Assembly (NCBI GenBank): GCA_009103225.1
Contig: RHPI01001507.1
Span: 354,805-418,804 of the forward strand
Source: Chlorokybus atmophyticus
Taxonomy: Eukaryota > Plantae > Mesostigma and Chlorokybus algae
Length of the DNA stretch: 64,000 nt
Reading direction: 5' to 3'
Below, piece after piece: positions 61,470-64,000 of this stretch; the first letter of the stretch is position 1; every line of letters starts with the position of its first letter. The position numbers and the translations under genes are program-made. The notes under the pieces are model-generated. The model made no database searches. It worked only from the letters and a program-made list of their open reading frames with translations, and was not told the DNA's origin.

Positions 61470-64000
61470 CTACTGCAACTCCGTCTCAAAAGCTAAGATG
61501 TCAGCATCATCCACCTCTGAAGCACTGTTATCGCTAACATCATCTGACTCCTCAAAAGATGCTGGGTCCCATGCGGCAAACTGCTCCTCATATTTTACAT
61601 CACTGATGAGCTCAAGCAAGCGCACGTTACTGAAAACCCAAACCAAATCGCGTGCTCGTGATGTGCGCAGCTTGTTACGCTTCTTGTTGTGAATGAAGTC
61701 GTATGTGCTCCAGTTCCGCTCGCATGATGATGCCACAGTGACTTGAGCAAGGACGCGCACCGCAACGCGTTGTAGTTCTGGTGTACTGCCTCCAAATTGA
61801 AGCCACCACTAATGCGCAGACATGTTGCTGGCGGAAGCCTTAGCTATATCACGTCCAAACAATCCATGACCACTACGATACTGCGACAGCTGCAGGGCGA
61901 GTTGCGCTTGGCTATCTGCAGTAGGCAGCAACTTCTCCACAATGTTAAAGAAGCCAGACATGACATCATCGTCCTCATGCTGATCCATAAGCCGAAACTC
62001 AGGATCCAACACAAACCCAGCACACAATAAATCTGTCTTCATCATCTTCCAACGTGCATCGAAGCGGTCAAGGACTGCTTCCAGCAACGTCGTTGGTAGC
62101 ACCGCAGCTTGCAGGGTCTCGCGGGCGCTGCTCATGCGCTGGTACAGCTTGCCTACATGCACACAATGATGTCAACGTTGTGTACTTATGCATACACAAT
62201 TGCAGAATGTGTAATGTACTCACCCGTGGTTGGGTGATTGCCGTCGGTCAGGCGCAGCACTTTGATTAGCGGCTCAAGAGCTGCAATAATCTGCCCAACT
62301 TGCTTTTAGAAATGTGAGGACAAAGCTATCTCTCTAGCTAACTCAGCACCTCGCCGATGTTCGCCGTGCTGTGCTGCCCATGATGACCATGCGTCGTCGA
62401 CCACAGTCTTTGCCAAGTCGGCCTTCACCTCTAGAAGCCGTTGCAGCATGATGAAGGCGGAAGCGAAGCGCGTCTCACCAGGCTTGAGCAGCGTCGTTGT
62501 TGTCTTAGACCTGCACATCAACATGCAACCAAGTAAGTCAAACAAAACACTCAATTACACAAGCAGACGGGCTGCCTCAAGCTACATACAACTCACCTGA
62601 ATATGGCCAGACTCTTGTGATGGTTTGAGATGAAGTTAACAAAGAACTTTCCTTTCTTGATGCTTGTTGCGAAAAAGGGCATCTTGCCGATGTCTTCAAG
62701 CAGCAAGTCTAGGACATGAGCTGCGCAAGGGCTCCAGCTCACATGCTTGTACTGCCTTGTGATGATGGCGCCAGCCGAGACACATGCACTGGCACTATCA
62801 GTGACGACTTGCACGACAGTTTCTGCACCCACCTGCACAAACAAACACATTAGGAGACGCACATGCAGCCCTAACTTACACACGCACACACATGCAGCAA
62901 AAACACACACGCACACGCATGCAGCAACAACACCAGTGCACACATGCAGCAAAATGCAGCCAGTACACACACACACACACATGTAGCCCTAACGTACACC
63001 CACACACGTGCAGCAAAATGCAGCCAATGACACACACCCATGCAGCAACATACACCCACACACGTGCAGCAAAATGCAGCCAATAGACACACACATGCAG
63101 CCCTAACATACACATACGCAGGTGCAGAAAAATGCAGCAAAAACACACACACATGCAGCCCTAACATACACATACGCGTGCAGAAAAATGCAGCAAACAC
63201 ACACACACACATGCACCCCTAACACACACATACGCGTGCAGAAAAATGCAACAAACACACACACACATGCAGCCCTAACACACACATACAAGTGCAGAAA
63301 AATGCAGCAAACACACACACACACATGCAGCCCTAACACACGCATACGCGTGCAGAAAAATGCAGCAAAAACACACACACAAATAGCAAAAACACACGCG
63401 CATGCATTAGGACTGGACGGATTAACTCACCAACTCAACGGCGTTGGCAATCTGCCTGGCTATGTACGCTGCCGACTTAGTTTCTCCTTCGGTGTTGACG
63501 GCGTCCAAGAACACTGCTCCATCAGGCGACACTTGCAACAAATTCAGCAATGGCCTACTATTCACATCAGTCCATCCATCACTAGTTATTGTACAGCCAG
63601 TCTTGCGCACATTGTTCCTGAATTTTATCAGCTTGTCATCAACGTCAGTCTTCACCCTCTTAAGCAAGGTTGTGTGCAGTGCATTGTATGACGGTACTGT
63701 GTAAGAAGGTCCAAATCTAGCAACAGCCCGCATCGCAAACTTGAACAAGGGACTGCGCACTAGAGTGAAAGGCAGGCCTTGCCCATAAAACATGCGTGCT
63801 ACAGCCTCATCAGTGCGCACTTTACTGGCACGGTCGAATGCCTGAATGATGCGTGGAGTTTTGGTGGTTTCAGTGGTGAGGTCGACGGTGGCACTCTGTT
63901 GATTGAAAACATCACCAATGGTGCGCTTTTTCTGTGTTGCTTGCAGGACAGCAATTGAAGCTTCTTCAACCTCCAAAAAATGAGCACGCAAATCTTCTGG
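61470..64000 (-). pseudogene. hAT-superfamily transposase (partial, continues beyond the window), one nonsense codon
   Basis: TSDGWTD, VVQVVTDSASAC, WSPCAAHVLDLLLEDIGK, ETRFAS, SSCERNWSTYDFIHNKKRNKL (dimerisation domain); in-frame TAG at 61809-61811; CGATAC subterminal motifs near 61250-61340. Confidence 0.92.
62860..63400. repeat. Intronic ~58-bp minisatellite in the hAT transposase gene
   Basis: CCCTAAC recurs at 63101, 63159, 63217, 63273 and 63331; unit ACACACATGCAGCCCTAACACACACATACGCGTGCAGAAAAATGCAGCAAA. Confidence 0.92.

Noticed and set aside
10398-61811. Alternative genetic code (TAR = Gln) as the explanation for in-frame TAGs
   Set aside because: The 1160-aa pol, 359-aa gag, 493-aa OTU and traced element 1 exons have no in-frame TAA or TAG, so the TAGs are better explained as mutations.
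62871-63691. Several Cys/Val- or His/Thr-rich ORFs
   Set aside because: Translations of the CA-rich intronic minisatellite; the same applies to ORFs at 18150-18690, 20000-20460 and 25360-25650.

Overview
Eukaryotic, intron-rich (GT-AG), transposon-dense window; the plant-type Tudor domain, chromovirus and mTERF-like genes suggest a green alga or close relative (inference). It contains: (i) a complete ~16.2 kb Plavaka/CMC-type DNA transposon (21055-37223) with imperfect 33-bp TIRs and a 2-bp AT target duplication confirmed against an empty paralogous site, into which a young, apparently intact Ty3/gypsy chromovirus (27914-33962) has inserted; (ii) a second, decayed ~15.5 kb Plavaka-type element (43691-~59185) carrying an unusual cargo: a bacterial/phage-type cytosine-5 DNA methyltransferase probably fused to a Tudor domain, a RING finger protein, an OTU protease, zinc-finger exons and an accessory gene, with clusters of palindromic GTAC motifs upstream of several of these genes; (iii) the end of a related element at 1-1008 and a third Plavaka transposase remnant; (iv) a truncated DIRS-type retroelement, a copia-like solo LTR and a partial hAT transposase; (v) an inverted segmental duplication of head-to-head mTERF-like and Cys-rich gene units, and a helical-domain/7xWD40 gene. 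Three N gaps (6622-6742, 45378-46019, 59749-60227) limit interpretation. No rRNA, tRNA or CRISPR array was seen. All homology calls come from motif recognition by eye, not database searches.
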